64,000 bases of DNA, taken from positions 9,636,800 through 9,700,799 of the forward strand of contig JASCQW010000119.1 of assembly GCA_030264375.1 (NCBI GenBank), given 5' to 3'. Positions 25,790 through 38,766 of the stretch are shown here, one piece after another. Source of the DNA: Carcharhinus longimanus. Its lineage: Eukaryota. Position 1 is the first letter of the stretch. Every line of letters begins with the position of its first letter. The notes under the pieces were generated by a model that saw only the letters and a program-made list of their open reading frames with translations, was not told the DNA's origin and made no database searches. The translations under genes and the position numbers were made by a program.

Positions 25790-27190
25790 GAATACGAGTC
25801 TGCTTCTACATTGGCCATTCCGGGGGATAAAGGATGTCATATTTCCATTCCGTGCAGGTGGTTTCGCTTCTAGTAGAATAATCCAGTGCTGGAACCAAAG
25901 AGTCTGCCAGAGGTCTGTTTGGTGGGTAATGCTGACGTCAGTGGCTGGGACGCTCTTGATTCTGTGCTCAATTTCCGCTGTTTATGGTTGGATTTCGCAT
26001 GCTGCACCTTGTGCCCGCGAAGGTGATTGCAGCTTTTGTGCATGTCTGTTGCTCATTTTGTGCATCTTAAGGCAAGTTATTCCTACTATTCTTTATTATA
26101 TAGCAAAAATATCAGAATGTCCTTGTAGAGTTTCATCTGTCCACCTAGTTCTCTCTTCACATCGTGCAGCTCAACGTTGAACCAGCCTTCTGGGAGTCTT
26201 CTGACAAGCAGCTGCACAATGGTGTTCAGACATCGCAGCTGGTCTAACGTGATCAGTGCCTTGATACTATCGATGTGTACATGTGATCGCATCTTCACTT
26301 CAGAAAAAGTGCTTTGTCCATGGATTTGCAAGATATTGTTGCGACAAAATTGTTCATATCTCTCTAGGCTTTCAGGTGTAAAGGCGGCACTGTTCATGCC
26401 TCTTAGATACAAAGGAAAGCACGGGCCTCAGCTGGACACCAGAGAGTTGCTTGGTACTGACTATGAGGTCATCGTCTTCAAATTCGCATTCCTCATACAT
26501 CCAAGCACTGCACTAATGGTGGATTTAATTGTCGATGCTTGCCCTTGCAAGAAGAGGTTCCAGTGGTGTGGAACATTATTCATGTTGGTGCCTGGGGATT
26601 CAAAGTGGCTTTTGTCGGTTGAGGCTAGGGCTGGGGGGGCGGGGAGTGTGGGGGGGGGGTGCTGGTGGTGGTGGTGGAGTGGTGATATAGCAGAGTGGTA
26701 TATTTCACTCTGAAAGAAGTAGTTGACAGAAAAGTTTCATTTTCCAAACTTATTCCACCAGATGCATTGGCTCTGCTCTCTGTGTGCGCAAACACTTGCG
26801 TCAATTGCATACTAAGATCGATGATATCAGTGGAGGAGGTTTTCGTTGCAGTCTTGAGGTACCGGAGGTTGGAAATTTCCCCTTTTGCCCAAAAGACTTG
26901 TTCCAATCCTGCTCGTCACGACAATGCCAATTCCCACCCGCGTTTCAGGAAAATTCCCATTGCCGGCCCACTCCAGTTCTCATCGTGGGCAGGCCGATGC
27001 CTGTTTCTTTTCTTCTGGATAGACTGGCGGTGAAAGGTTTTCTCTCTGATGGTGCACATCAAATACACATGAGCTTAATCTCCCTGAAACTGCTATCAAT
27101 TAATTTCTTTGCCCGGCTAATGCCGACATTTGAATTCAATCGCCATTCAAGTTCTGGAAACCAAACCTCAACATGTCAAAGTTGTTGATA
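25790..27190 (-). mobile_element. RTE-clade (BovB-like) LINE, decayed 3' portion
   Basis: ORF 26086-26412 LERYEQFCRNNILQIH...IDSIKALITLDQLR...RRLP...ELHDVKRELGGQMKLYKDIL matches the RTE C-terminus; ORF 26625-26906 GEISNLRYLKTATKT matches the G.LFNLRRL.AKTK motif preceding YADD. Confidence 0.85.
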
Positions 27191-30100
27191 GGTCGTCTAG
27201 TTTTATTGAATGAAGTCATATTAAGTGTTTGCGAGTTCACATGGCCAGATGCATGCAATCCTTTCAGTTGAGTTGACCTGCTATTCCATCACTCGGGACA
27301 AATATTCGTCACGATGAGTGTCAGTAGAATGGATAGATTGTTTTAACTTTAACATTTCTAATCTGAGAGAACTTGATATTATTTCACTTCTAAGTATTAC
27401 AATAATTCATTTTGATCTGAGTAAAGTGTTTTCTTTATTCTCTGTTTCTATATGTCCATGAAGTTCAACGAACTATTTACTCTGATGTGGTTTGATATAT
27501 GCATTCTGCTATGCAGTTTATAAGCACGATCATGTAACGGAGCTCGACATAGTCTTCAACCAGCTCCCAGCGTAGAATCGGGCTTCGCAGTTCTGGATGT
27601 CTCCACTCCAGTCGGTGGTTAAAGGCCCGTGTGTCGTTTCTCTATTCCTACTTTTCCAATTCCCTTTGTCCCAGACAGGTCCGGCTGCCCCTCTCCCCGC
27701 AGGCAGAGGACGCTGTCGGTGTCCTTAACCTATACCCTTCCACAGTCATCATGGCACCAGCAGATCTTACCGCCTTCACTTTTTTTAGATGGGTACTATG
27801 AGATGTAATTGCCAATATGTTGCATGCGTTCATAAGAAGTCACCACAGTGTGGTAGAAATTATGCTTAAATTAAACAAAGTTCTCCTCATGAATGGGTGC
27901 GGAGTACTGTGAGCAGACATGCTCACCATTGGGTAGAAAACACGTCTTTTCCCCGTAATGAATGTGCACTGATAAACAATTACATACAATAATTCAGTTT
28001 GGAGGTGTGGTTGTCTGATGTGTCACTTATTCGACATTCCAGTATGTTTAAACTGCATTTCCAACATACAACAGATAAACGGGGATTCATTGGTAGAAGT
28101 AGTCATCAGCAACTGAGAAGTCAATCACTTGGAGGACAAATTTAAAACAATATTTTGGCAGATATTTCAAAACTGTCCTTTGTCCATATGCCTCATGCAA
28201 TTACTGCTGGAAATGCTGAAGTCACTTTAGTGCCGACGACTATGCTCAATGGAACAGGGAACAATACTGTGAGTGCTATGGATCACAGATTAAAAAAATA
28301 TGTATTTTATATAACAACAGGGTCAATGATTGGCACCTACAATCGGCGCTGCTGTATCCGCATGTTATTTTTCTTCCATATGAAAACATCTTATTTTTAA
28401 TTGTAATTTGCTCGAAAATGTTCATGTGGCATTCATGCATTGTTGGACTGCTCGCAATTTGAGATGTGAATGCAAATAGCTGAAGTAGTGTCAGTTGTTT
28501 TAAATCCTGCAAGACAAACAATATCAAGATGAATGCATGGACTGATTTGATGACATTATGAGAACAGGGTGATTAAAATTATAGTATTCACTAAATTGCC
28601 TCAGATGAGAGTTTCGTCTGGGTTTCCTGCGTGACATGATGAACGTGGATGTCAGCAAATATGAAAAGAAAGTATCCAAGTAAACGGTATGTAAAGAGAG
28701 AACAACAAAAAAAAAAAAAATGTGCCTGACCCTTATCTTAGAATTCAATAAATAAGGGTAACAATCAGGAGTGTCCCCAGTTTTGGAATTAGCAAATTCA
28801 TGCGTTCAAATATTAGATGCAAAGAATATTTTCCCCTATGAATAGTCAGTGTAATGAAACAATTAACTGGCTGTTCAATCCTAATGAAATTAATGTTTAG
28901 GATTATACATAATTCTTTGGATATCTTCGTCACTATCATTTTCTCTAAGTATCCTATCCCGAAATGTATTCCCTCCTGCTAATGCTTAAATAAAAAAAAA
29001 ACGAAGAAAACAGTTATGCATTGGAACAGACCAGTTGTCACGATTTAAAAAACAAATCTTGCTGATCGAAACATACTGTTACATATTTTTGCACAATACA
29101 CTGGTTAACGGTGAAATAATGTCAACAGCTGGTTGGTGGCGGTGAATAATTTATACCAAGCCAAAGATGTCAAACACATATCGGAAATACAGATTTGATT
29201 GGTGGAACAATGAAAATAATGCCCTGATTAATGTGCTGAAGCATTCACAGTCGCCCGAGAAGGGCGATAATCAAAATGAACGCATCCAAATTCCATCAGC
29301 ATGGTACGTTTCATCTAGATGACACTTGGGTTCAGATTCCAGTTGTCTTTTCATTCTGGCATAGATGTAACACAATTTACATGACATGAGCTGTTAACTA
29401 CAACAATGAACTTGACGGTCAATCGCACAAATGCAGAAAGCAGGGTAGGATTTAATAATATTGCAGATAATAGAAATGATTGATCATGCATGAACTCTTG
29501 TGCCCATATTCTTCAAGAATGACTGAAATCCATCAGGCGTGCCATTGCGAGAAAATGTCATTAACATGAAATTTTGCAATGAGCTGTGGAATTCAATCCA
29601 CTTTACTGATGTATTTATCCGCATATAACTCTTATTTTTTGCTGTGTGATCTAAAGGTTCCAACGCAACCTAGAAACTGGGCTGTATTCATGCACAATAT
29701 CCAATTTCACTTTCAGTGTGGATACAAATCTCGAAAGGATTTAAACATAATCTGACGCCAGTTATACCGGTTCTATTAGTCATTTGAAAACTTTCACTCG
29801 GCATTATCCTTTAAAATATGCTTGAATTCTCGTATATCATAAAACTAAAGCCAAAGTTTTTTTTTTCGGAATTTGCGACAGACTGAAAATTAAACGGTGC
29901 AGCCAATTTGGACTTTCAATCATTTTGCCCCCATTTCTTAATTTTCACAATTTGGTCTGGTGCTCCGAGAACCTGTCTTATGGGACTGAAATTGTTGACT
30001 TGTGGTTCTCTGTGGCAGTCGCACACACATTGATTTTGCGGTTTCCCTAAAGTAATTTACTGCTTGAACAATGACAATGAACAACTTCAAATAAACAGTA

Positions 30101-33100
30101 AATAACATCCTCAACGATTACAAAAGCAGCCAGAGATTTCTCGCGTGTTTCTATCCCAGCTGATAACTTGTGACAGTTCAATACCCCTCTACTGATGCAC
30201 TGTCTGGAATCCACGTAGAATGGGAATTTTGTTCCAATAGAATTTTTAAAAAATGGTGTTTCATTTTTCGTGCACTGGAAGTAAAGGCAGTCATTCCACA
30301 TAAGAATCAAGGGCATATGCATTACAGAACCCATCGAGGGATCCAGTCACAGTTCAACGCATATGCTGAATACCATTACGTTGATTGAAACTGGAACTTG
30401 ATGTGTAAATTATATCAGTCCAGGGGATGGGCCGATATTGATCTCCTTTTGCATTTGAATGACGTTCTGGTTTGGAATTCACACCTCAAATTTTAGCGTT
30501 GACATTTACCTGATTTATTTTTGAGAAATTGAAACTTTCAGTGTATCATCCGACAATGTTAGGGTTGTGAGGTGCGATGAGACAAGATTACATGTTTTTT
30601 TTTCTTCCTCGAGAAAGGTGCGTGACATAATTGTATGCTTAAAATGCGACATTTACCTTATTTATCTTTCATTCTACAATGTTTCAGTTCTCTGCTGACG
30701 TATTACAGAGGTTGCATACTTTTTTTTCGGTCAGTGATCCGTAGTAATTTAAATTATGTGTTTCCTCACATAAAATCGTAGCTATTTAACTGAGATTTAG
30801 CATACTATATTAACTCGTTTTAATTTTGTGAAACATCGTCAGACAAATAGATCCGTTGTAAAACAGCGCTGTTTAATGTGTGAAACATATTCAACCACAC
30901 ATACCTTCAAACTACTTGAACATTCACCGGTGCAAGGAAGAACAGAGCGCAACAGTTACCTTATGTTGTTCATTCGCCTGCTCCTACAAAGGAACTATTT
31001 TTGCCTGTTTTACTGATCAGTGTTATACTCAGCACATAGTCATTCACTCATTGAATATGGATTATCTTGAACAACCGATCACTGCTCGGAAGTTTTTTTC
31101 TGAAATTTCAAAATTTAATAAGATTTATTGTTCATGCATTCACTGATTCAGTTTCTAATTCAAACGTGGCATAGTGATTTCTTTTAAGTTTTAAGTACAC
31201 TTATGGGGAAAGTCCTGATAGATTTGCAAGAACGCATTGTTGGCTGGGATGTTTAGCACGAGATGGACATGGTTAACGCATTCAACGAGTGTGATTGGCA
31301 AATATGAATTGATGCTCATGAAACGTGACTGCAAATAAAGGTCCCTATTGCATGTATTTGTTAATTCAAAATTAAACAGTAGATTAAAGAGTAGCTATTT
31401 GACAGATCAATCAGGAAGTTGTTATTCAAAATTGGAATGAGATCGCAAAATAAGTACAGTTTTAATGCAACGCTAAACTGGTTGGATCGCACACGGCTTT
31501 TCACTGTACCTGCCATTCTCCTAAACATGGCAAGTTTTTCGCTGTCATTAAAATAAACTAATCGCATAATTTTTGAAGTGTTTGATCTTTACCTTTTGCA
31601 CCGTTTTTCAAATTACATAGAATGTTATATATTTGACTTTCAATTTTTTAAATACTGTTTAAGTTACACAAACACGAAGTCAAGAACATTTCCCTGGTGC
31701 TGATCGCCGGAAGAATGAATGATTCTAGCCCCCAGAGCCATTACAAAAAATAAGGAGATATCGCTGAAGTCTTCGGCTTCAAAGTTTTTGATGGTGTGGG
31801 TTTACAAAACTATTTACACATGTAGCTAAGGGGAAACAATGCATGACGCCTATGCCAGGTGGTTATTAGTATATTAGCCTATCCTGATCAGTGGATGCAC
31901 TTCCCCGAGCAAATGTGTATTTGTGATGTGGACATATTTTATCCAAAGCTCGTTCATAGTCATAAAAATAATAAAAAATCCCCGATGAAAGAACGGTTTG
32001 TTCTGAGGATGAAATGGGAGATCAGAACTGTATAAACAAAACATACCGATAGGCGTGAAGGATTGAAAAAAAAAATCCTTCAGATAAATGAATTATGCGT
32101 GTTTTTATTTTTTTTTTCCACAAATGCACACCAGAAAAAAAAACACTCGTTGGCATTCGAAGGGTAGCAAAAACAATCGTTATATTTGTAATACGGTGAA
32201 TAAATGCAACTGTTGTGTCGTTGTCTCTCACCGAGAATGTGAAAAAAAAACAAGAAAACCAGGACTTTCGAGTTCGCAGACGCATCATTCAGCTGATTTC
32301 GAATTAAAGCAAACGAGTTAAATGCTTTGGCATGGGGAAATTCAATGAAATTGTGAATGTCACAATTAATATATTTGTAATGTGTAGTTCTTTTAAGTTG
32401 GAATTAAATTTTGCATGAAGATTCTCGCAATTGTCGCACTTGCTTTAAGTCAGGTTGAAAAGTCATTTTCAGGATGCAACAATATGATTTACATCAATTA
32501 TCATCCTTGACGCATTGTGGTTTAGATCTTGTAATTCAGACTTGCCTTCGTCAAAGTGTCCATGAGACATTGTTTTCATATTGAAATACCTCTCTGTGAT
32601 TAATATCAGTGGTAGGATCTTCCATGTATAATCCTTCATATCGTACCATACCACCAGTTCAAATGGCTCACATTCTCCTATTTACTCTTAAGGGATGTAA
32701 ATGTGGGCAGCTGAAGTAAAGGCAAACAGCTATCACTTGTCTGTGCTCAGTTAGAATTTCACTGCAAATTGTACCATTATTTCACCGCAAAAGTCAGCAT
32801 TATTCAATTTGTGAGACACCATCACATACATTATTGTCGTTTTGTTACCTTTCAGATGTTGTTTCCTTTTCTCTGACTCTGTGATGGGGGATAGTATAGA
32901 TATGTAGCATCAGATCAGTTATTGGCTAATATAATAATGTTGAATATTGTGATTAGGCCATCTAGTCTGATTGACGAGACTCGGCATGATATTCAGGTAT
33001 TCAGAATAATATAATAGGTTTACCAGGCAATATTGTGCCAGAGAGGCCAGCCAGCCCTGATTGACTGTGTCTCTTTCCTGATGCATGCATGAGCACATAA

Positions 33101-34234
33101 ATTCATTTTTTGTTCTTCAACTATTTACTGCTTTTCACATTCTAAGAATTAGTTGAGTAAGGTTCAACAAGTACAGAGCACCCCAGGAGATTACCATCAG
33201 AAATTTCCTCTTACACTGTGAGAAAAAAACACTCAATTTGTGATGAAGGAATTAATTACAGTTTTACTGGTATTGCCACTTTTATTTCACTCGGATTGGA
33301 TCGATGCAACATACCTTCAAAATTACGCATGGGACTTGCAACATTGACAACGGTACAATTTGCTCTTTTTTTCATATAATTTCTGTTGAAGATCATGTCA
33401 TGATCCGTAGGAATACTGGTCCTGCACAGTTGTCAATATCCTTGGAAAATGGCTCATTTTTTCATGCATAATTAGGCGTCAATTTAAATGCTCATTAGTG
33501 TTAAATGAAATAAGTAGTTGAAGTAATCAGGTGTCTAAAAAATGTGTACTTTTCCAAGGGCGTAATGGTCCACGGTTCCAGATTCACACTGAAAAGCGAA
33601 AGTAGGGAATGCAATCTTGACTTTGCACGTCATTGGTCTTGAAACTTCCCAGAAACTTCCAATGACCAGAGCTGCACCGGGTTTGCATTGAAATTCTCAC
33701 CGGAGCCCAGGGGTTGGCAAATCCAAGCAAGGCATCATCTTTTTTCGCTGCAGTGTTTGCCACAATGCAATGAACATGAAACAGTCCAAAGTAGTTGGCA
33801 AACCATATATGAGCAAATTTTCAAAGTTAGTTCAATGATGTTGACGTCTTCTGTAACGACAGTGTTGTGAATGATTTTCGTGGGATGGGCGGAGATATCG
33901 GCTTGAGATAGTTGGATTCATCTGATGTCATTTGTCGCCCTTTGGATTCGGTCATCTTTTGTTTGTGGGATGCATGCTTCTAATGTCGGCTGTACGAAGA
34001 ACTTGAACTTCATTGCTAGCCAAAGGCGTTTTCTGTCTGGAGATTTGTTGTCGTGTATTTGCTGTCGGAATTTGCATGTTGGTGTGACGGCTAGCTGGAT
34101 CAGAAGACGAGGATGATTTTTGGGGGTAGAGCCCACGGGATTTTGTGCAAAGCGTTGAGCCGGTGAGCGACAGGTCAGAGTCGTCAGTTGGAATTGGATC
34201 GTTGGGTCCAGGGAAATAATGCAGAGGATTTGTT

Positions 34235-34321
34235 TGTGTGAGTGTATGTGTGTGTGTGTGTGTGGGCGTAGGGGAGGGAGTGGAGGGTGGGCGTGCGGCG
34301 GAGGGGGGGGGGAGGGGGATG

Positions 34322-34355
<34 letters not shown>

Positions 34356-34360
34356 GGTGG
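34235..34360 (+). repeat. (GT)n plus poly-G tract
   Basis: GT array followed by several G runs including a ~30-nt poly-G. Confidence 0.9.
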
Positions 34361-35544
34361 ATGTTGGTGGTACAGGGGCGAAGACTTACGGTCGGGTTGA
34401 GTGTGCATTTTAGGAGAACTTGCTGCCATATTTTTCTATCTTGCGAGTTGTTAAAACACCTGGGAATGTCGGCGGAAGATTTACCAATTATGTGTGACAG
34501 TGATATGAGAAAGTAGCCCGGACATCACAATGATTTCACATGTGGACTAACATTTTTTCTCCCTTTGTTTTGGAAGAACTATATGGGCAACTTCGTTGTC
34601 AACATTCAATGTTCACTATTTATAATGGATTTTGAATTCCTTCCTGCGCCACGCAATTATCCAAACCACGTAAAAAAGTAACATTTGTCTTGTCTTAGAA
34701 AATAGAAAAGAAAGCTTCTTCCTTCGGAGCCTTCCTCCTCATTCCTTTTGCTAATGTTTGATCGTCAATTCAACGTTCCAAATTCGTGCAGATGTGGATT
34801 ACCTACAGGGATTACTCAACACATCCATGCGGAGTCCTCAAATCTGAAGCTAAGCTTCGGGAAAATTACAAACTTTTTTTTTCCTTCTATTTTGTACTAA
34901 CCACTTGGTGTAATTTTGCCGTCAGCTGTTACCTTGAGGATCAAGCGGGGCAGCTGCGATTAAAGTTTTTTTTCAAGTGGTTCGGAGGGGTGATGTGAAC
35001 AGGGGAGTGGTTCCTTAAACTTAGAGTACATTGATATCCTCCGCTGTAATGAAACACTGGGGTTTGATGCGTGATCCACATCGCAAACACATGCTGAATG
35101 AAAACGATATCATATTGCAAATGTCTCTACGTTTATTTCTGTCGTGAAATTAAAACTTGGAGAGCCCCCCCACCCCTCTCCCCGCCCGCCCGCCTTTTAT
35201 ATCCCCATCATGCCTCAACTTATGCCTTATTTTGTACATGGAAACTGTTGTTATCATCTCCCATCCATTCATGTAAATGATGGTCCTCATATCTGGTAAA
35301 TGTTTGATAAAATTTTGTTTTTGCACTAACTCCCATGCAAGTTATGTCACTTTGCATCAAAAAATGTCACCAAATGCCTTAATAGAGTTCATGGGAAAAT
35401 TATTGCAAAATTTCCGCAGCCTCAAAAAAATACAACGAAAAAAATATGCATGTTTCTGATCAGTCAGAACAATTCATAACTGTAGAACTTCATTGCATCA
35501 TTTTAAATTTCACTTGCACACCTGTTCTGCAGATCAACAGACCA

Positions 35545-36060
35545 CAAGAAAAAAAAACAGGAGAACGTAACTATACCCTTGGAACATGATCTGTGATTTC
35601 GTACGTTCATGGCTGATTTCTTGCTGGCCGCAAAACATTTCTATTCACCATAACCCTTCAAACCCTTTACTAAGTAAACGTCTGTCGATGTATTCCAAAA
35701 TCTTACTCATTTTCCGAGCATCCACCTCACACTTTGGTATGAATTCCACAGACCCTTGACGTTTTGAGCGAAGTAATTTCTCCTAGAATCTGCCTTCAAT
35801 TCGTACCCCCAAATCCTGACACAATGACATTGAGTTCTATGTTGACGTACACAATCTGCACTTTTAATAGGCCAACATGCTTTATCATTTTGCACATCAA
35901 GTAAAAACGGATCTCCTTTCAATCTTCCAAATGCTTGGTCGATTAGACCGAAATTGACCAAACTATTTTTGTAAGACAATTATTTCAACTCTGGACTGAG
36001 TGTCATATATCTCATTTGCATCACCTTCAATGAGTTTAGAAGGCTGAGGGGGTATCCTAT
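35545..36060 (-). mobile_element. CR1 LINE 3' end, old
   Basis: ORF 35707-35979 contains RRNYFAQNVKGLWNS, matching the CR1 ORF2 C-terminal RR.FF.QRVV.LWNSLP motif. Confidence 0.75.
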
Positions 36061-36091
36061 AGAGAATTACAAGATGTTGAAGGGGGTAGAT

Positions 36092-36163
36092 ACATAAGAA
36101 CATAAGAACATAAGAAATAGGAGCAGGAGTAGGCCATCTGGCCCTTCGAGCCTGCCCCGCCAT
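36092..36163 (-). mobile_element. Young CR1 3' terminus running into a gap
   Basis: (ACATAAGA)3 tail + AATAGGAGCAGGAGTAGGCCATCTGGCCCTTCGAGCCTG. Confidence 0.9.
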
Positions 36164-37917
36164 NNNNNNNNNNNNNNNNNNNNNNNNNNNNNNNNNNNNN
36201 NNNNNNNNNNNNNNNNNNNNNNNNNNNNNNNNNNNNNNNNNNNNNNNNNNNNNNNNNNNNNNNGATAAAAAGTAAAGAACAAACTCCGCTGCACCCTGCG
36301 CAAAGAAAAAAACAACACGCTCACACATGCCCCCGACGTCCAAATATGTCGTTCCGAAATGCAACTTACAGAAACTGGGAAAAAGGGCCAACAGGAGAGG
36401 AAACAAAGTTCTACAGGAAAGACTGAAGCCTGAGTTCAGCAGAAAGAAAAGGAATACCCGCCGGAAAGAATAGAAATGAGATCTACTATCCGTATCGGTG
36501 TGACCCCGCAGTAAAGATTCTGATCACTATGAACTTGACTGGCTGGCATCTGAATTACATCTGTGGGAAGACAAGGAGAGAGGAAAAAAAAAGAGAGACG
36601 CTTCCCAAGACACGGGTTGTGTCCAAAAGCAGTCATATTGATTTTAACTGATTGCAGTCGCATTTGCCTTATTTCCTTAAAATCGCCATCAATGCAGCGT
36701 CCCTGTGCTCTCGTGACATGTTTTCCTGCTTCCACAGAAGGGATATGTTTGTTTTTTGCACTCTACAATTGAGCTTGTCAGCCTTACTTTCTAGAATCGT
36801 TCGATATTCATCTGCTGTTTATTCAATGTTGTTATTTTGCTGTCTCAAGGCATATGGTACCGTGTGTTATGTTGCAAGTGTGCTGAAATGGTAGTGGACC
36901 CGCTGCACCTGAAGTAAAATAATTTCGTCGCGTTGAAGACAGAATCTATAAGAGCTAGGTATTAAAACATTTATTCAGCAAAAGTAATCATATCTTTTAT
37001 TTTGCTTAAATACAATCAGTGCTTGGTGTGCAGTGAGCTGGAGGCTTGGACGCAGGGAACACCCATTGTCTTTAATTACATTTCGCATATCATCGTTGAC
37101 AGGTAACTGCTGAATCGACTCTCCTTCCTCTACCTGCCACCTGTTCTTTAAGGCGCGTGTTGTTTTTTCGCCATTGTGCTGGCCTCAGGCTTCTGCCGAC
37201 TCTGGAAGTTTTTGCTTCTTCTCGTGTCTCTCAAACGACTTGAGCTTGGAATTGAACAACCTCTGGATCGCCAGATCGTTTTCACAGAACCGGGTTGGTG
37301 TTACCTGATCAAGAAACAATCTTTTCCAAACTGCCGCTGAATATGCGGGTCTCAAGGAAAGAACAAATGCAGTGCACACTGCACATGTCTGAATAACTGA
37401 GAAACAACGACGTGACAGTGAAGCTTTTGTTGAATCGGCTAGCTTATAATTATTTCTGTGCCTCAGCTTCGAACTTCCTGCGGAGTTAATTAGGCTGCAG
37501 TCACTATATTCGAAAACATTGGCAAACAGTACAATGTGGAATGAACGGCTAATCGCCAAATAGCGGCTGCTCACTGCCTGGCATCCTTATGGTTCATGAC
37601 TCAGGTGATGAAATTGCCGAACAACTGCAATGTTTGGGGGAAAGGCCATATTTCTAGGCACTGTAATTTTATTTCTGAAGAACTAGTATGATGGTTATCA
37701 CTAAGAATCTATTTTTCAGCATGTGATCAAGACGAGAACACTGTAGTTTAGCATACCTCGACCCTTCTTTGCCAAAACATATCCTCCAATGCCTGCGTTT
37801 TTCCAACTCTGGTTATGAAGTCTCAATGATGTGGAAATGCCGGCGTTGGACTGGGGTACTCACAATACGAAGTCTCACAACACCCAGTTAAAAACCAACC
37901 AGTTTATATGATTCTCA

Positions 37918-37957
37918 ACCCACAAGCTTTCGGGGTTTGCCCCTTCGCCAGGTGAGT
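37918..37957 (-). ncRNA. Minimal type I hammerhead motif, core mutated (CUGGCGA)
   Basis: Minus strand reads ACUCAC CUGGCGA A GGGG-CAAA-CCCC GAAA GCUU GUGGGU; stems I and II intact, core has A to G. Confidence 0.65.
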
Positions 37958-38726
37958 GAAGAGTTCTGATCTCAAACTAAGCACGGTTGCACAAAGGAAA
38001 AGCTACGTGTTCCTCACTGGCTGCAAAAGTGAGTGTTTGTCTCTGATTATCTGCGCTTTACCTAATTAAACACTCATCAACAGGAACCATGTTGCAGCAC
38101 TAGCGGGTGTTCTATGGTTCATACATTCCACCATGATAACAACAGGTTATTATGCAGGACATGACTTTAAACCAAAACCCCACATACACCTTTCAGTATC
38201 TTAAGTCTCGGAGTGCTGCCTGACAGGGACAGCCCACAAAGCCCACAAATGGTTCATTGTGTGTCTCTGTGTTGCTGGGAGAATGAACAGACCTCTGTTC
38301 TATGTAATGTTGTTTGCCACAAATTCCTCCTCCCAAGATGGGTTGGTTACCTTTGTGGGCTTTCACGACAGGTCTCAAGGGTCTTGACTGCACCAGTGTT
38401 CCAGCGAGGCACGGGTAAAATTTGGGGCTGCATGCTTCTTCACATTGTGCGCTGTCCCTCTCAGGCAGCAATCCTGAACTTTAGACATTGAAAGGTGTAT
38501 GTGAGGTTGCGGTTGAAAGTGATGCCCTGCGTAATAGCCTGTTGTTATCATGGTGGAGCGTATAAACTATAGCCCGCTCGCTATTGCTGCAACATGTTTC
38601 CTGTTGATGAATATTTAATTAGGTAAAAGACAGATAATCAGAGGCAAAAACTCAGTTTTGCAGCCAGTGAGGAACACGTACATTTTCCTTTCAGCGACCG
38701 TGCTTAGTTTGAGACCAGAACTCTCC

Positions 38727-38766
38727 AATCACCTGATGAAGGGGCAAAACCCGAAAGCTTGTGGGT
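38727..38766 (+). ncRNA. Minimal type I hammerhead motif, weakened stems
   Basis: AAUCAC CUGAUGA A GGGGCAAAACCC GAAA GCUU GUGGGU; core intact, one mismatch in stem II, stem I 4 bp. Confidence 0.7.

Noticed and set aside
25773-27188. Overlapping + strand ORFs of 112-178 aa
   Set aside because: Antisense shadows of the decayed RTE LINE.
34184-34516. Poly-Pro / poly-Gly ORFs
   Set aside because: Poly-G tract artefact.
37185-37574. 129-aa ORF with internal CAG|GTAACA
   Set aside because: No recognisable domain; length compatible with chance.
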